Made by a program: the position numbers and the translations under genes. DNA of 56,213 bases, filler included, from Dugesia japonica (Eukaryota), in assembly GCA_001938525.1 (NCBI GenBank). It is 4 parts of 4 records of this genome, joined end to end, with 100 filler letters (N's around TTAATTAATTAA, not from the genome) between each part and the next. Parts side by side here need not be neighbours in the genome. Positions count along the whole stretch, not along the records: positions 28,219 to 37,702 come from MQRL01196751.1; positions 37,803 to 46,962 come from MQRL01518688.1; positions 47,063 to 56,213 come from MQRL01585035.1; 1 more part is not named here. One strand, given 5' to 3'. Positions within the stretch are counted from its first letter, which is position 1. Each line of letters opens with the position of its first letter. This document shows positions 37,113 to 48,570 of the stretch, piece by piece. The notes beneath the pieces are model-generated. The model had not been told where the DNA came from. It ran no database searches and worked only from the letters and a program-made list of their open reading frames with translations.

Positions 37113-37420
37113 ATGATAACCAATATTAATTACAGAGGTGAAGTGACGCAAGAAGTAACAAAGAAAATGAGCTTTCTTACAGGTAGACCATGTCAATATC
37201 AAGTCAAAAGTGATAAATTTACAATTATTTACTTCAGATTAAAAAATGTAGAATAATGGGTTGTAAGAAATTATAGGAACCTCATGATTTGAACCCCTAT
37301 TATATGACGAATTTACAATTACAGTCAATAACAATTGTCGTAAATATGGGAGTTTCCATAAATATGTATAAATTAGCAAGAATAGTCATCTGTTGGTTCG
37401 AACCAGAGTTATTTCCTATC
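37113..37420 (+). pseudogene. Second TBP-like gene copy (N-terminal repeat to EPELFP); frameshift and stop, truncated
   Basis: MITNINYRG...DKFTIIYF../KCRIMGCKK...NLQLQSITIVVNMGVSINMYKLARIVICWFEPELFP; homologous to 1821-2207. Confidence 0.72.
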
Positions 37421-37423
37421 TGA

Positions 37424-37649
37424 ATAATACAAGGTAACTTTGCAAAAAATACACCCATAAACTCTTTATAACATGGTTGCTATGTAAATAATACAAGGTA
37501 ACTGTGCAAATAATACACCCATAAACGATATATTGCACTGTTGTTATGTAAATAATATACTCATAAACCTTATATTTCATGGTTGCAATGTAAATAATAC
37601 ATTCATAAACCCTAGACAGTCATAATAATATTTAATTATAAGATATTTT
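37424..37649 (-). repeat. Right arm of inverted repeat (reverse complement of about 36200-36480)
   Basis: 37545-37649 reverse-complements to 36202-36307 with scattered mismatches. Confidence 0.8.
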
Positions 37650-37702
37650 AGTAGATAGATAGTGGCAGTAAAGAACAGCACACATTCAGCGAACCCCCCC
37701 CC
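37650..37702 (+). mobile_element. Polinton left terminus AGTAGATAGATAGTGG...
   Basis: Near reverse complement of the 49222-49273 terminus. Confidence 0.75.
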
Positions 37703-37802
37703 NNNNNNNNNNNNNNNNNNNNNNNNNNNNNNNNNNNNNNNNNNNNTTAATTAATTAANNNNNNNNNNNNNNNNNNNNNNNNNNNNNNNNNNNNNNNNNN
37801 NN
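37703..37802. other. Artificial contig spacer 44N-TTAATTAATTAA-44N
   Basis: Same as 28119-28218. Confidence 0.9.
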
Positions 37803-37822
37803 AATAATAAAAATTTATAGGT

Positions 37823-38010
37823 TCATATATGCAAATAAAGTATTACAATAGTAAAATAAAATGATTGTTTACATATGTGCAAATAAAGTATTACAATAGT
37901 AAAATAAAATGATTGTTTACATATTTGCAAATAAAGTATTGCAATAGTTAAATAAAATGATTGTTTACATATATGCAAATAAAGTATTACAATAAAATAA
38001 AATGATTGTC
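37823..38010 (+). repeat. 48-bp tandem repeat, about 4 copies, containing AAGTATTAC
   Basis: Unit acatatgtgcaaataaagtattacaatagtaaaataaaatgattgttt; nonamer at 37838, 37886 and 37982, variant at 37934. Confidence 0.85.
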
Positions 38011-38707
38011 CGAAATAAAATAANNNNNNNNNNNNNNNNNNNNNNNNNNNNNNNNNNNNNNNNNNNNNNNNNNNNNNNNNNNAAGTTTATTTTCTTCGAT
38101 TTATTGAATTGATGATCTTGAACTGATTACTGGATACTGAATTCGATGGTCTTGAGTTGATTATTCTGATTGTTATTGTTTTGTTGTATATGTATGTATG
38201 TGTGTTTGTTATATCTTGTTATCTACTTAACCCAACAATTTATTTATAGGATATATTTAATGTATTTTATTTGTCTCGTTAAGACCTACTCTTTATCCTT
38301 TTAAATTTCCAATTTATTTCTTATCGTTTGGTAAAAAAAACGTTATAAAGTACCGATTTTAGGACAAAGAACATTTTAATTTTAATCAGATTAATTTGAA
38401 TTGTGTTTTTATTTCAAAATTTGAGCATATATTTGTATTCATTATTGACTCCATTTGGGTAACGATAGTGTTAATGGCATAAAATATAATAAAACAGTAA
38501 GAATTATTGTTATTTTCAATTTGTCATCATTAAAATTTTGAAATTACGTTGCAAGAGAATAATTAATATTGATCAAATGTACACTTTTTTCTTATTCACT
38601 TACCCATACGACTTTTTAAAAGCCCAATTTTGTTGGATTTTTACCGATTGCCAAGAAAGATTTATGACCCCTCTCGTATATACTATACTATAATATAATT
38701 TATAACT

Positions 38708-39540
38708 TCAAAAATTTAATATAGCACTGTTAAAGTGTAATTTTGCAGCTACCATTTTGAGGAGATCGTTGTGAATCCGTATGGATAGGTTGATGTCCTC
38801 GATAATCAGGCCATCGTAATTGATATCGTTGTTGAGTAGCGCTAGCTGTTTGGTGGTTACATAAAGCGCATTATTAAAATGAGCTAATGCATATTGGGTT
38901 TTGCCGATTTTGGTTGGTCCCACAAACACCATTGTATGGTTGTCGAATGGCACTGTTTGGCGAATTAACGATGTAACAGCATATTTGCATTTGGTTTGTT
39001 TAGCTGTTAAATCATTGAGCACATTGATGATCTTTGATTTTTTATTGATGTAGTCTGCGTGAGATTCAGATTTTACTAAATCCATGCCTTCCTTAACATA
39101 CGTACTATGTAAAACCCGATGCCAAAGCGATTTGTTCAACTCTATCCGTTCACCGATCTGTATGCGAACACCACCTGGTACACGCGTTTCTCCCTTACAA
39201 CAGTAGTCTATGCCAGACTCTATTTCGCCTGCTGCAACCGCATGTACATAGTTGAACTTAAACTGCTGTCGAACTTATAAATTATAACGTTATAAATTAA
39301 TACTAAATATATAACAATATAATTTACCTGAAAGAACTTTCTGCCTTGGTGTAATGTGACAAAACACTCTAAGTGTTGCTACCCATTTTCTGACACCTCT
39401 TCTTGAGCTATTACAAACTTGTATTCACCGAATAATTTATCCTATAGTTGTTTGTTATCCAAATAGTCCAATGTTATTACACCACCGACCGGGTGCATAA
39501 CATTTTTCCATCTGCAAGTTGAATCTATAGTTTCTATGCC
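38708..39540 (-). pseudogene. Endogenous CRESS-DNA-virus-like Rep (HUH endonuclease plus SF3 helicase) with a 53-nt intron
   Basis: FVIAQEEVSENG*QHLECFV (motif II), intron 39275-39327, IDYCCKGETRVPG (motif III), VFVGPTKIGKTQYA (Walker A), YDGLIIEDI (Walker B); in-frame stops in the first exon. Confidence 0.82.
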
Positions 39541-39806
39541 GGCTAATCAAATCCACTCCTGNNNNNNNNNNNNNNNNNNNNNNNNNNNNNNNNNNNNNNN
39601 NNNNNNNNNNNNNNNNNNNNNNNGCTGCGCTTCTGTAGTACTGGCCGAGCCACAGTGTTGTCCGTTCTGTCCTATAGAATCAGATGGTTTCTGACTGGTT
39701 CTCTTTTTGCAATATTCTTCAACTGTTGTTCGAGATCGCAAGGAACTACATGAGTTGATGGCTCCCGGCCGTGCCAATGTTTCATCGCATTGACGATGAG
39801 CATCCT

Positions 39807-40385
39807 TTATTGATGTTCTTTTACACACTCCTCCATTTTCTTTATCAAGTTCGTAAGATAAGCCATGTTTTTCCCTGATTGATTGACTGCTGTCTGATGT
39901 ACTTTTATGTCTGATGTCAATCGGCTGGAGTATGCATCGTTGCGGTTTTCGGCCAGGAATATTTGATAAATATTTTGAGCAGTTTTCTGTAGATATGTTG
40001 TCATGCTTTTTAGTGGCAGATGGTGTGCTCAGGTCTGAAGCATAAGTTTTCTTGCTTTGGTGTTAGGAGTACGTTGTCGTAGATCGGTAGCATCTTCGAA
40101 TGTGTCCACGCTAGTGGTTGATGCATGTGAGTTATTTACATCTGACCGTAATTGTTGAATGCTGGTTATCGCTGCCAGCAGTTCGTCATCCGATTGATTG
40201 TTTGGTTGTAATAGCCCATCCTCGTCGTCTTGAATAGGTGTATCCTCCACTTCCTCGTCGAAAGAACTTATAAGAAAATTGATATCCTGATTCGTCTGCT
40301 CGCTCATTGTTGAGTTCCCTCTCGACAAGGACATCACTGGTAATGCCGCTACTCCATTGTGAAGTATTTGAAGGACTTCTATCAT
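39807..40385 (-). pseudogene. Acidic unknown ORF upstream of and co-oriented with Rep
   Basis: Track ORFs 40029-40385 and 39807-40004 share a frame, separated by one TGA; GC content is similar to Rep and higher than the flanks. Confidence 0.45.
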
Positions 40386-40459
40386 ATTCGTCGCATGCTA
40401 TATAGTTTCATTAAATATATTCTGTTTATTTTTCCGGACCGCGGGTTGTCCACTTTTTT

Positions 40460-41535
40460 TAATGAATAAAAATTATGAATTTGGTTATAATTTCTAAATA
40501 ATTATTTGTTAAGAAAATTGAGTGGCAAATAGAAAAATATGGTCATTTCCGACATGAGATTATTTGAATTCAACAGATGAGCTAATGCATCGGAAGTCGC
40601 TAGAACCATTTGTGCTGTTTATGGAAAGAATGTGATTGTGGGAAGTATAGTACGAAAAAGATTTTTCCAGTTTCAAAGAGTGACATTCAACAACTTACTG
40701 GATAACAATCGAACTTCAATGAAGATTATATGGGTGTCTTAATTCTTGAAAATCCAAACAACTCGGGAATTGACACCAATTGACTATAGCGCGACATTTA
40801 AATCCATGGACAAAGTTCATAGAATAGGTGTATATGTGAAACATGCTTTGACTAAAATCAATAAAAGTCACTTTATTAACAATTACGTCTTATTTCTAGC
40901 TTGTGAACAACGTCGAACTTTTGTTTAACCTTTTGTTATTGGCGATGGAAATGGTTGCATTTACGAGAATATCAAGAAGAGAAAGAAATGATTTAACCCT
41001 AAAAAAAGGACAACTTCTCGCGTGAAAACTTTTAATCATCCGTGTAAAGTAATGTTGTGTATTTGGTGGGACATTAAATGTATTGCATACTATGAATTAC
41101 TTTGAGGAAATATATCCAACACTGCTAGCATTTACTTTCAACAACTCCGTCATCTTGAAGCCGAAATTATAAAAAAAAACACCAAAAAGAAATCAAGCTC
41201 GTGCTCATACTGCTAACATCACCAAGGATCTTGGTTGAGGAGTCATGCTATATTCGCATTTCTCTCCGGATGTCGCTCCATCAAATTTTCATCTGTTGCA
41301 ATTTCTAGCTAACATTGTTCAAGGAATATCCTTTGATGATAACGTAGCGCTTCAGAATTGGCTTGATAACTTCTTTACTCCAAATCAAAGGATTTCTTTA
41401 GTCACGAAATCGAAAAATTTTCAGATCTTTAGAAAAGAATTGTAAATAATGGTGGGAAATATTTTCTCAATTAGTTCTTTTGTTGTTAAAAATCAATAAA
41501 TTTTCAATCAAATAAAATGCNACGAATTTATGCAT
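40460..41535 (+). mobile_element. Near full-length decayed mariner element
   Basis: HFRH..FEFNR...ARTICAVYG, IGDG, HP.KVMLCIWWD, HFSPDVAPSNFHL. Confidence 0.85.
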
Positions 41536-41924
41536 TTTAGTTTTTTTAGCAATAACTCAGAGAGGGAATAGCAATTGCTTCCAACACTACTAGTCAACAT
41601 GGATAATAATAATGGAACTAATAACGATAATATTACTAATAATACTTATTGAAGTTAATAATAATTATATAACTAATAGTAACGATAGTAGGTCAATCAT
41701 AGTTGTCATAGTAATGATGATAGTCATAAGAATAACGATAATCATAATTGTAATAATTTGATTAATTATAGACGTTTTAATGCTAATGATAACGATATTA
41801 ATAGTAATTACTAATAATGCTATTAACGGAATAGCAAGCAAGGTTAATATTCATAATTTATGTAATAATTATTCTGACCATATTAATACTAATAAGAATA
41901 CTAACCATAATTATCATAATCATA

Positions 41925-41954
41925 GTGATGATGATGATGATGATGATGATGAGG

Positions 41955-42016
<62 letters not shown>
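41925..42016. repeat. (GAT)n/(AAT)n microsatellite within low-complexity 41600-42350
   Basis: Direct read. Confidence 0.9.
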
Positions 42017-43529
42017 NNNNNNNNNNNNNNNNNNNNNNNNNNNNNNNNNNNNNNNNNNNNNNNNNNNNNNNNNNNNNNNNNNNNNNNNNNNNNNNNNNNN
42101 NNNNNNNNNNNNNNNNNNNNNNNNNNNNNNNNNNNNNNNNNNNNNNNNNNNNNNNNNNNNNNNNNNNNNNNNNNNNNNNNNNNNNNNNNTTGTGAAATAA
42201 TGATAACTTGAATTAATATTGACGTTGAAGATGAGATTTGTAATATTAATCGCATAATATTAATTACAATCTTAACAATAATTAGCAATAGTATCGTGAC
42301 AAGGGAATTTGATTGTAGTGAATCTTGTAATTTTATGAACAACAATGAAAACGATTGCTGAGTTTAGGCTGAAAGAACATTTTCGGTTGCAGGTTAAATC
42401 TGTACGAAACTTTGAACAAACTTGAACGATAAGCCAATTGATGCTTGGGATTTCCTGCGAACTTATTTTAAAACAATTAAAAATATAATGAACTAAAATG
42501 CTTATTTTATTTGTAATGCTATATAGTTTTTGTAATTTTCTATTACAATATATTATTACTAATGAATTATTATAAAAATAAAATAAATTTGTTATATTGA
42601 AATAAAATATGAAATAAAGTTCAATAATTTAATCGTTTGAAATATTTTTTGAAGTATCAAATTTTCGGTATTGAAAACCGGGATATCGGTTTTAAAAATT
42701 CCTTTCAGTTTTGCATTCCCTAGTTGGCATGTGCAGTTATTAGTAAATTTGGATAGTCGGAAGAATAATCGGCTAGTTCTCGGGGCGTGTAGATGTGTTG
42801 ACATAATTTATGATTATAATTTTAATACTAGCCGTATTGACAGCAATGGTGTAACGAATACCCTATTCTCCTAATGCAGAGCGATAACGATAGGAGTATT
42901 GATAGAAATTGTAAATCTGGAGAACTTACAGGACTTTAATCGCCTACTAACGATCTGGGTTACTCCAGAGAGTCATTTTAATTGATTATTTTGGATCGAT
43001 AGTTTGAGGACAACAAAATTCTAGAAAATAATATGAATTTGGCGCTGAAAAAATGGCTTTTTATTGCACGCGGACTTNTAAAGATAGAGCTTTGTTATTT
43101 GTAGATCGCATAAGTCACTAAGAATGAAATTTTCAATTAAATTAATTTATTATTCATTGTAAACCTAGTTACAATTAAAACCATAATTATACTTATTTTA
43201 AAAAATTGTTGCTGCAACGTGACAAATCTTTGATTAAATAGCCGATAGTGCCGCCTAAGCTAATTACTGACGACCACCACCCCAGTATTCTTTATTTGAT
43301 TATCGAGAGTTTAAAATATTATAGAATTAATCAAACAAATGTTACTTCTTTTCCTGATAGTTACTGATAGTATTTTAATAATAAGGCCACTTAGTAGTAT
43401 TGATAAATCAAACTCAAGAGCTCACAAAATGAAAATATGTCAGAAAAATCTAATTTTTTGTTTTCCTTTTANNNNNNNNNNNNNNNNNNNNNNNNNNNNN
43501 NNNNNNNNNNNNNNNNNNNNNTTTTTTTA

Positions 43530-44430
43530 GAAATCGCTGAATCGTACGGTGCTTACTCACAGATTCTTCATATATGGCTTAATTGGGATATGCATTAATT
43601 GTCATTCGCTTTTTAATCATTTACCTGTGAGTTCGTTTCTTATGAAGCTACCGGTGCCCACTCTGTTATCATACCATGCATAATGGTTTATATATTTCAT
43701 TATTTAAACTAAGTACCTGCTTCTCTTACATTATTAACTTTATCAGGTATTGCTTTTAGATCTCTAGTACCAACTTTTGCACATAAGATTTGCTACTGAA
43801 TAATACAGTTAAATCCAATTATTGAGTGACCAACATATTTTTGAAATAAATTAACAAAACCAATATCTGATCCAATTAGATTGGGTGCAGAAATTTTGCA
43901 GAAATTTTTTTTATTTATTGATAACAACTTCACTAGCATGTACCTTTTGATATTATCTAATTTTAAAATATCCTCGTGAATTTCATTCTCTTTTGGTTAA
44001 CGTGAAAAAATTACTAATCAGGCAGATAACTTAATATCAGTTGTTTCATCTAGGCAAATTGGATAAAAGTCACAACTGTTAATATCAATGCAAAATTGGC
44101 CTAAAATCTTAACACTCATTTTTAAAATCCTTTCTTTAGCAGTATTTCTACCTTGCTGCAACTCTTGATTTCTTTTATAATTATTTCTTAATTGTTGACA
44201 TTTTGAAACAAACACGGAAATGCTTTTAACAAAACTGTTTTTAAGAATTCTTTTCAGCCATATTTTTATCAGCAATTTATTTATGGTTAGTTTCAAAATG
44301 TCATTCGACATTCAATTTTTTCAGAACAGACTTCAACGATTTTTATCTCATGTTTAAGAAAATCATACTCAAGAGTTCAATATAGTCAAAATCTTTGTAC
44401 ATCATGAAATCTTTGTTTTTTCATTGGGGT
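43530..44430 (-). mobile_element. hAT (Buster/GTF2IRD2-like) transposase remnant
   Basis: ICLDETTDIKLSA, APNLIGSDIGFV, FNCIIQ*QILCAK (CxxH region). Confidence 0.7.
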
Positions 44431-45169
44431 AGCGAATGTAATTCTTTAAATAACAAAATCAAATATTAACCATTTTTTTAATATTGACACGAAATTTTTT
44501 GTATATTAAATTAATATCACTACTACATTAAAATAACTATGAAAATAATAAACTCATCGATATTTTTATTTATTTTCAATGTATGCATATAAAATATCAT
44601 ATCAATTATTAGAAATTTAAAAAATAAGATTTAAATAAGTTAAAAAAAAATTAATTTTATATTTTTTTGGTTGTCGTGCAGAATATCTTGCGTGCTAAGA
44701 AGTTATTTAAAGTTCAAGATTTTGTTTGGCATAATCCCATAAAAGGTCCNNNNNNNNNNNNNNNNNNNNNNNNNNNNNNNNNNNNNNNNNNNNNNNNNNN
44801 NNNNNNNNNNNNNNNNNNNNNNNNNNNNNNNNNNNNNNNNNNNNNNNNNNNNNNNNNNNNNNNNNNNNNNNNNNNNNNNNNNNNNNNNNNNNNNNNNNNN
44901 NNNNNNNNNNNNNNNNNNNNNNNNNNNNNNNNNNNNNNNNNNNNNNNNNNNNNNNNNNNNNNNNNNNNNNNNNNNNNNNNNNNNNNNAATTTCAGATTTT
45001 CACTTTTTTAATTTTTTACATAACGATTTCAATTTCTATTTCTCTATAAATATGATTGTTGAGTTTTCAATATTAAATTCATAAAATAAAAAACAAAATT
45101 TAAAACGAAAAAAATTAAAATAAAATAAAAAAAAAATTTATAAAGAAAACAAAATTAATTTTAAAAAAA

Positions 45170-45612
45170 TTTCATGACACTGAGTTAAAAACATGACAGT
45201 TGTATCTGTCATCTCATTGNNNNNNNNNNNNNNNNNNNNNNNNNNNNNNNNNNNNNNNNNNNNNNNNNNNNNNNNNNNNNNNNNNNNNNNNNNNNNNNNN
45301 NNNNNNNNNNNNNNNNNNNNNNNNNNNNNNNNNNNNNNNNNNNNNNNNNNNNNNNNNNNNNNNNNNNNNNNNNNNNNNNNNNNNNNNNNNNNNNNNNNNN
45401 NNNNNNNNNNNNNNNNNNNNNNNNNNNNNNNNNNNNNTTTAAAAACTCGTCACCAATACGTCGGATTGAAATTCCGAGATGACAGTTATGTCCGTCATCT
45501 TATTACGCTTTCAACGATATCAATTTTCTCATCATAGCGTGTATATTTGCCTTTTAAATGCAATATTTTAAATTTTAAAGTCTTTGTTCCAGTGCGCCAC
45601 TATCTACCTACT
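45170..45612 (+). mobile_element. Polinton terminal repeat end
   Basis: Ends gtctttgttccagtgcgccactatctacctact; the last 23 nt are identical to the 5560 end. Confidence 0.7.
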
Positions 45613-46962
45613 ACCTCAAAACTGGTTAGTGTTTTCATCGCAATCTGGTATGGAAATGAATCTCTTGTCAAAATTTAATGCTCTGGGCCACGAGGTAGTA
45701 GCAATATATAGTAGACGTTTCCTAAAGTTGACTTCGTTCATCAAAGGGCTTAAATGATTTCAGATAAAAAAAATAACTAACAATAGTAACTGTCTATTGT
45801 AGTGAACAAGAGCGTCGTATTCACAAGCAAGTTAGATTTTTTTGAAAACTTAACCAATCAAAAATATTATTCGATGCTTTTGTTTTACAGGTAATGATTT
45901 TTATGTTCAATAAATATTAATATGACGGTGAAAATTTTCAATTATTAATAAAATTTCGTGAAAATTTTCAATTTTTAATAAAATTTCGTAAATTTTACTA
46001 TCGATGATGATGTATAGAAAATATCTATATTACATTATTATAGATATTTAGTTTAACATTATTTTAAATATTTTATTAACTCAATTAAATTAAATAGTCT
46101 ACTTAAAATTTGTAAATAGTACATTTATTGTAATATTAATTTACACAAATAATAATTTTTAGTAATAATTTATGAATGAAATGTTGTAAGTCAAATTCTA
46201 CATTTCATTGTTTAAATTGTTAAAATAAATTAATTGGTTAAGATTTTATTTAAAAGTAAATATAATATTCGTATATATAAAAATATAATAAACATTTTTA
46301 CATTTAAAAAGGTCATACGCAACGTGGTTGTAACTTATTTTTTATTCATTTGAATTTTTAAATAGAAATAATTAAACAGTCCGAAGTAATAAAATTCGAA
46401 TAAATGGGCTGAAATGTTAACATTTTTTATCATATTGAAAACCTTACTATTAAAAATTAGATCGGACAGTATATTCTAAATTTGGATATTTTAATATATT
46501 TTGTGAATTTGATTGATTTAAAACGTTTTAATTTCTTTTGAAAATTAAAATTTTTTCTTTTGCTTGAGTAAAAAATATTAATCCATTTTCTTTATTTTTA
46601 TTCAAGTTAAACTTGAATTTTTCTACATGAATTAAATTTCATTTCTTATGCGGGGGTTTCAGAATAAAAATTTAATTTATTTTTGATTCTCAGAACTTTC
46701 AATAAAAATTTGAATAACCTCTGTGACCTAAATGTTTATTAATAACAAAGGTTTGATTATAAATAATAATTTTTTTCTTTAAATTTAGTTATTAAAAGTT
46801 TTCTTATCATGTTTTTATCCACATTCATTTGGTAAAATGATTTATCAATTGATAATATCTTTGGTTTTCTATTACCTTTACCATAATTTTTATGATTTTA
46901 ATATATTTTTTTTAATTATTTACAATTTGTATTTACATTGATATGAGCATTTCGATTTAATT

Positions 46963-47062
46963 NNNNNNNNNNNNNNNNNNNNNNNNNNNNNNNNNNNNNN
47001 NNNNNNTTAATTAATTAANNNNNNNNNNNNNNNNNNNNNNNNNNNNNNNNNNNNNNNNNNNN
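46963..47062. other. Artificial contig spacer 44N-TTAATTAATTAA-44N
   Basis: Same as 28119-28218. Confidence 0.9.
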
Positions 47063-47189
47063 AAAATAATATAAAACAACAATTATTTTATTTTTAAAGA
47101 AAATAATTGATTTTTGTTATAAAAGAATTAATTATAGATAAGCAATAACTAACTGGCAAATTTTAATCGTTAATAATTTTTAATGAACA

Positions 47190-48113
47190 AATTTAATAAA
47201 ACCCATCAAAATTTTCATCTTTGGTATCACTGTGGAATAACCGACATATTTCTTTTGCCAACTCATTTTTTTCTTTATCCTCGTTACTTGAGGTTTCAAA
47301 ATTTTCGTCACTATAATCATCAGCTTTGCTTTTAACTATGCTTTTTAAAATTCCCATTTTTTGAATCTTGATTTAATTATTCGCTCACTAATTCTGTTCA
47401 GGCTGTTGTTGTGACCCACTCAGATACTTCTTTAAAAGTTGCGTGCCACATTTTACGCTTAAAAATCAACATAGGGGGAAACTTCTTACCACTTGCACAA
47501 AAAGCAAACACAACAGTAAAATGAGTTTTTCATGTCCCGTAGTTTTATTATTAATAGTTTTCCCTCCTTTTTATTGACAGTTCTCCCCAAAGGAATATCA
47601 AATATTAATAGAACTTCATCCATATTAATTATAAAATCCGGAGTAACATTAAACTCAACTATTTTACTAGTAACAATTTTTTTAAAAATTTCAACTTGCT
47701 TTAAAAGGTCAGGTGGTAGCTATTGATACATTGTTGTTCTTTGTATAATACTAAGATTGTTTCGCAACATAAAGCTGTAACACCATGAATGACATCCCAT
47801 AAAATTATCAATGTTCATTTCTTTTGCCAAATCATGGGCTGTTAATTTTATTTGAATTGTTGAAAGTCCTCGACCTTCTAGTCTCTGGGCTATTACAAAA
47901 TCAAGTAATATCTTTTCCAATTCAGACCATTTGGCATTTCTTCTACTATTACCTTTTTTGTCCCTTTTCATTATCTAAATAGTATCCTTGTCCTTTCTCC
48001 AATTTCTAACTAGTTTTTCGCTCACTTTAAAGTTTCTGGATCAGTTACCATGAGTTTAAGCATATTTTATTTGCTTTTGATTTGAATTCAGCAGTATAAG
48101 AGTTTCTTTTCAT
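47190..48113 (-). mobile_element. pogo/Tigger (POGK-like) transposase remnant
   Basis: MKRNSYTAEFK, CENP-B HTH (KWSELEKILLDFV...WCYSFMLRNNLS), NMDEV, GHEK.HFTVV...ASGKKFPPMLIFKRK. Confidence 0.85.
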
Positions 48114-48570
48114 GGGGGTTTCTTACGTGGTTAATTATCAATCTATAATTAATTACAAAATAATAGTTTGACATAACATTACTTTTTAAGATTGATTATA
48201 TAAACAATAAATAAATAAGATTATTAACATCAATATATCTTTTTATTAAATATATAAAAATTTTTATAATTATAATTGTTATTTAATCAATAAAAATAGT
48301 AGATTTATTTAGAAATGTTATTTTTATTGATAATAAGATAATTTATTATTTAATAAAAAAACTATCTAATAAGGAAAATAAATTATAAATTAGAAGTGGA
48401 AAAGAAATTAATAAAAATGAGCAAAGAAATAGGAATGACAAATTCAATAGAGAGAATTAAATGAGTTACGTAAAGCATTGTTATACAATGAATTGAATCG
48501 AAAAATATTAAATACAAACTTGAAAGGAGAATGAAATTCAGCAAAAGAAACGAGGTAAAAAAGAACGGTT

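Noticed and set aside
35750-38010. CRISPR-like interpretation of the repeat arrays
   Set aside because: Eukaryotic context, degenerate contiguous units without unique spacers, and no cas genes.
38548-38562. SF3 motif C candidate LFSCN downstream of the Rep ORF
   Set aside because: Cannot be joined to the Rep frame with confident splice sites; may be chance.
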